This document shows positions 21,282 through 24,000 of a stretch of DNA of 24,000 nt, piece after piece. Below the pieces are notes generated by a model. It saw only the letters and a program-made list of their open reading frames with translations, was not told where the DNA came from and searched no databases. The position numbers and the translations under genes were made by a program. The stretch comes from an uncultured Actinomycetota bacterium. GTDB taxonomy: Bacteria; Actinomycetota; Actinomycetes; Streptosporangiales; Streptosporangiaceae. The stretch covers positions 1,418,728-1,442,727 of the forward strand of contig CAVWKF010000002.1 in assembly GCA_963755575.1 (NCBI GenBank), written 5' to 3'. Each line of letters begins with the position of its first letter. Position 1 is the stretch's first letter.

Positions 21282-22179
21282 ATGCCCGAGCCTTTTGCAC
21301 GCCGGTTCGCGGTCGCCTGCGCAGTTCACGGGCCGCTGGTGTTCGGCCTAGACCCATCCGCCGCCTTGCTGGAGGCCTGGGGGCTTGGCGATAGCGCGGA
21401 CGGGCTCGACCGGTTCGCCGACATCGTGCTCGCGGCCGGGGCAGGGACGGTCGGGCTGGTCAAGCCGCAGTCGGCATTCTTCGAGCGCCACGGCTGGCGT
21501 GGCATCCGCACACTCGGCCGGCTGATCGCTGCTGCGCGCGGCGACGGCTTGCTTGTCATCCTCGACGTCAAGCGCGGCGATGTCGGGTCGACGAACGACG
21601 CGTACGCCGAGGCGTACCTGGGTAAAGGCGCACCGCTCGCCGCCGACGCGATCACCGTGCATCCTTACCTTGGCCTCGGTGCGATGGGCGCATTTGTGGC
21701 ACGGGCCGCAGAGTCGGGCAGCTGCCTGCTGGTCGTGACGCGCTCGTCGAACCCCGAGGGCCGAGCCGTTCAGGCGGCGCTGGCCCCAGCCGGGCCCGTG
21801 CCGGGCGCGCCGGTCAACGGCTGGCAGCGAGCAGACCGCGCTTAGCGTCGAGGCCGGCCTGCTGCTGGAGATCGGCGCTGTCAACGCCCGGTTGGCGCCC
21901 GGCGAGCTTGGTCCGGTCGGCGCCGTCATCGGGCCGACGCACATGGAGCCGGAACTCGACCTGGCGGCGGCGCACTGCTTGTTCCTCGCGCCTGGCGTCG
22001 GGGCGCAGGGCGCGACGCCGACGGACGTCGCCAGGGTGTTCGCCGCCTGCCCGGATCGGGTCATGCCGAGCGCGTCGCGCTCACTCCTGGCGGCTGGCCC
22101 GGATGTGGCTCGGCTGCGCGACGCCATCGCGGCGCTTGCAGCCGAGTTTCGCACCCACTTGTCATCTCAGCCGACGTAG
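21282..22179 (+). pseudogene. pyrF: Orotidine-5'-phosphate decarboxylase, type 2 (pyrF), split across two frames (shift within about 21780-21840)
   Basis: The first part (21282-21845) carries GLDP, VKPQSAFFERHG, ILDVKRGDVGSTN, AITVHPYLG and VVTRSSNPEG. The second part, in the frame of 21892-2179, carries LLLEIGAVNARL, GAVIGPT, FLAPGVGAQG and LLAAGPD. The span is 898 nt, one more than a multiple of 3. Confidence 0.8.
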
Positions 22180-22745
22180 CCGGGGATACCGGTGCCGGCA
22201 ATCATGGCCGTCACGTGCAGATACACCGGCCCGCGGCGGCTGCACGCCTGGAACGAACCCTGGAACGGGATGTTCAATGAGCTGAAGTCACCCGGTGCGT
22301 ACACGCGCAGCAACTGGGCGTTAACCGGCTTGCATGCTGACGGCGAGTAGTTGCCAACTTCGGTGATCTCCAGGAACGCGTGGGCGGTTCCGCCCGGCCG
22401 CAGCGTCACGAGGGTCGACGGCCGTGAGTGGTCCCGGCCTGCCGCGCGGCCCAGCTGCCGGCCGCCGTTGTCGGCCGACACGCCCGGGTACCCGTAGAGC
22501 GTGCACGTCGCCCGAGAGGTGTTCGAAATCTCAAGGTCGTAGTACGTAGCGCCGGCCGTGCCGTTGCCGGGCGAGCCAAGCCAGACTGTCAGTTCGCCGG
22601 CGTAGCAACGATGGGCGGCCGCCGCTGCGGCCGGGGCGGCGCTGCTGCCCGGGGACGCAAGCGCGACAGCGGGCAGCAAGGCGGCAGCGCCGGCAATAGC
22701 GGTAACGGCGAGGCCGCGACGCATGTGGTGAGGTGTCAGCTTCAT
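22167..22745 (-). CDS. DUF4232 domain secreted protein
   Basis: The ATG at 22745 has AAGGAG 7 nt upstream. The signal peptide is MKLTPHHMRRGLAVTAIAGAAALLPAVALA. It shows the C...G.G..G..Y..L...N.S...C.L.GYPGV pattern of DUF4232. Its 3' end overlaps the pyrF 3' end by 13 nt. Confidence 0.75.
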   Translation of the reverse strand: MKLTPHHMRRGLAVTAIAGAAALLPAVALASPGSSAAPAAAAAAHRCYAGELTVWLGSPGNGTAGATYYDLEISNTSRATCTLYGYPGVSADNGGRQLGRAAGRDHSRPSTLVTLRPGGTAHAFLEITEVGNYSPSACKPVNAQLLRVYAPGDFSSLNIPFQGSFQACSRRGPVYLHVTAMIAGTGIPGYVG

Positions 22746-22838
22746 GGGAATGCTCCTTTGCCTTAGTACTGACACCATGAGGACGACACACCACGGCAGA
22801 GCGTTGTATTTCGAGGTGGCCGCGCCGTTGCCAGGCTG

Positions 22839-23519
22839 CTAGCGGTCTGACCGGAACGTGAAGAGCCGGCCGTCAGGCAGCTGAGTTGCGGCGACCGTGT
22901 CCACGACGGCGTCGGGGAGCTGACGCGGGCCTGCGGCCTGCCGCCGGTGCACGCCGACTCCGGTCATCGTCTCCGTCGGCGGCCGGTCGAACGCCACCTC
23001 CTGGAAGCCCGCCGCCGAGAACCAGGCCCGGATCTGACCGGTCAGGTCCGGCGGCCGCCGGTGGCGTGTCCAGATCACCGTGCCGCCCGGCGCGCACATA
23101 GCGGCTGCCGCAGTCGCGGTCCGCCTGATGTCCTTGTCGCTGACGTTGCCGAATATCCCGCACAGCAGGAGAACGTCGGCTGGCAGCGCATCGGCGTAGT
23201 TGGCAACGATCCCCGCGTCGGCCACCCGGACCGTCATGCCAGCCAGGCCTGCAGCAGCGGCACGGTCAGCGGCAACCTCGGCAAGCGCCGGGTCGAGCTC
23301 GACCAGCAGGGCCGTGACATCGTCACGGCGGGGATGACCTGGCAGTACCCCGATCACGTCGCGGCCCTGTCCGGCGCAGAGGCTGACGAGCCTGACTGGC
23401 CCGTCAGGGACGGCATCGAGGGCTGCCGACAAGTGCCCTTGAACCAGCGCCAGCCGCGTGCTCAGCCCTGATGTCGGATCGTCATAGGCGTGGTGCCATT
23501 GGATCCAGTCGCGAGGCAT
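22839..23519 (-). CDS. Class I SAM-dependent methyltransferase
   Basis: VSLCAGQGRDV is a motif I-like sequence. A LLLCGIFGN and PGGTVIWT block follows. The protein is 226 aa with protein-like composition. Confidence 0.75.
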   Translation of the reverse strand: MPRDWIQWHHAYDDPTSGLSTRLALVQGHLSAALDAVPDGPVRLVSLCAGQGRDVIGVLPGHPRRDDVTALLVELDPALAEVAADRAAAAGLAGMTVRVADAGIVANYADALPADVLLLCGIFGNVSDKDIRRTATAAAAMCAPGGTVIWTRHRRPPDLTGQIRAWFSAAGFQEVAFDRPPTETMTGVGVHRRQAAGPRQLPDAVVDTVAATQLPDGRLFTFRSDR

Positions 23520-23529
23520 TGGGTGTGCG

Positions 23530-24000
23530 TCAGCCCGCGAGCCCGAGCCCGTGCGCCAGCTCCGCGTACGCAGGCAGCGGATCGGTGTCGGCCTCGGTCA
23601 GCAGCTGGATGCAGACGTGATCGGCGCCGGTGTCCAGGTACACGCCGAGCTGGGTGGCGACCTGCTCGGCGGTGCCATGCGCGACGACCGCGTCGATCAG
23701 GCGGTCGCTGCCACCGTCTTCGAGCTCCTCGTCGCTGAAGCCCATGCGCCGGAGGCTCGAGGTGTAGTTGATCAAGTGGAGATAGGGGTTGCTCACTCGC
23801 TTGCGTCCGAGTGCACGCGCACGCTCGGCGTCGGCGTCGACGACGACCTTGTGCTCCGGGGCCAGCAGCCGGTCGGGACCGAGGATCGCGCGCGCTTCCC
23901 TGGTGTGCTCGGGCGGTACCAGGTAGGGGATCGCGCCCGCCGTGCGATCGGCGGCCAGGCGCAGCATTCTCGGGCCGAGGGCAGCAAGGACAATGCCTTC
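23530..24000 (-). CDS. LLM-class (luciferase-like) F420-dependent oxidoreductase, 5' end outside the window
   Basis: The frame stays open past the track's ATG at 23967 to the window edge (EGIVLAALGPRMLRLAADR...). ALGPRML, AGAIPYLVPPEHT and the C-terminus are typical of the TIGR03620-like LLM family. Confidence 0.8.
   Translation of the reverse strand, partial: EGIVLAALGPRMLRLAADRTAGAIPYLVPPEHTREARAILGPDRLLAPEHKVVVDADAERARALGRKRVSNPYLHLINYTSSLRRMGFSDEELEDGGSDRLIDAVVAHGTAEQVATQLGVYLDTGADHVCIQLLTEADTDPLPAYAELAHGLGLAG

Overview
This is a high-GC, actinobacterial-type chromosomal segment that is densely coding on both strands. The clearest theme is a KstR2-type steroid C/D-ring (HIP) catabolic regulon, present as two separated pieces. 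The first piece is a kstR2-like TetR repressor followed by two SDR dehydrogenases and a PPOX/F420-type split-barrel protein (1.2-4.4 kb). The second is a translationally coupled echA20-ipdA-ipdB-ipdC operon (13.2-16.7 kb). Each piece is preceded by a look-alike CAAGCAA(G/A)CG-centred operator. The roughly 8.8 kb between them carries a VOC protein coupled to a SigG/ECF56-like sigma factor, a solitary TnpB gene with no TnpA, and a minus-strand DUF4032-SDR-ALDH row. It also carries a conserved protein with a CysRS-like C-terminus. Downstream lie a DUF3048 and GH25/DUF1906-like secreted pair, a DGPF(YciI)-ECF42 sigma module and pyrF. After these come a DUF4232 secreted protein, a SAM methyltransferase and a partial LLM F420-dependent oxidoreductase. 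Non-genic structure includes a 6-unit 16-17 bp tandem array between the KstR2 operator and the first SDR start, and a 9-bp in-frame (QEV)n repeat at the end of the VOC gene. There are also several hairpins and inverted repeats. At least five genes, including housekeeping pyrF, only make sense if a 1-nt frame change is allowed, and one such shift creates an artefactual 952-aa ORF. That density suggests consensus indel errors rather than gene decay, but I cannot tell from the sequence alone. I see no CRISPR array, no rRNA or tRNA, and no recognisable defence or toxin system. The most system-like candidate is the TnpB with its presumed omega RNA. All homology statements come from my memory of family sequences, not from a search.
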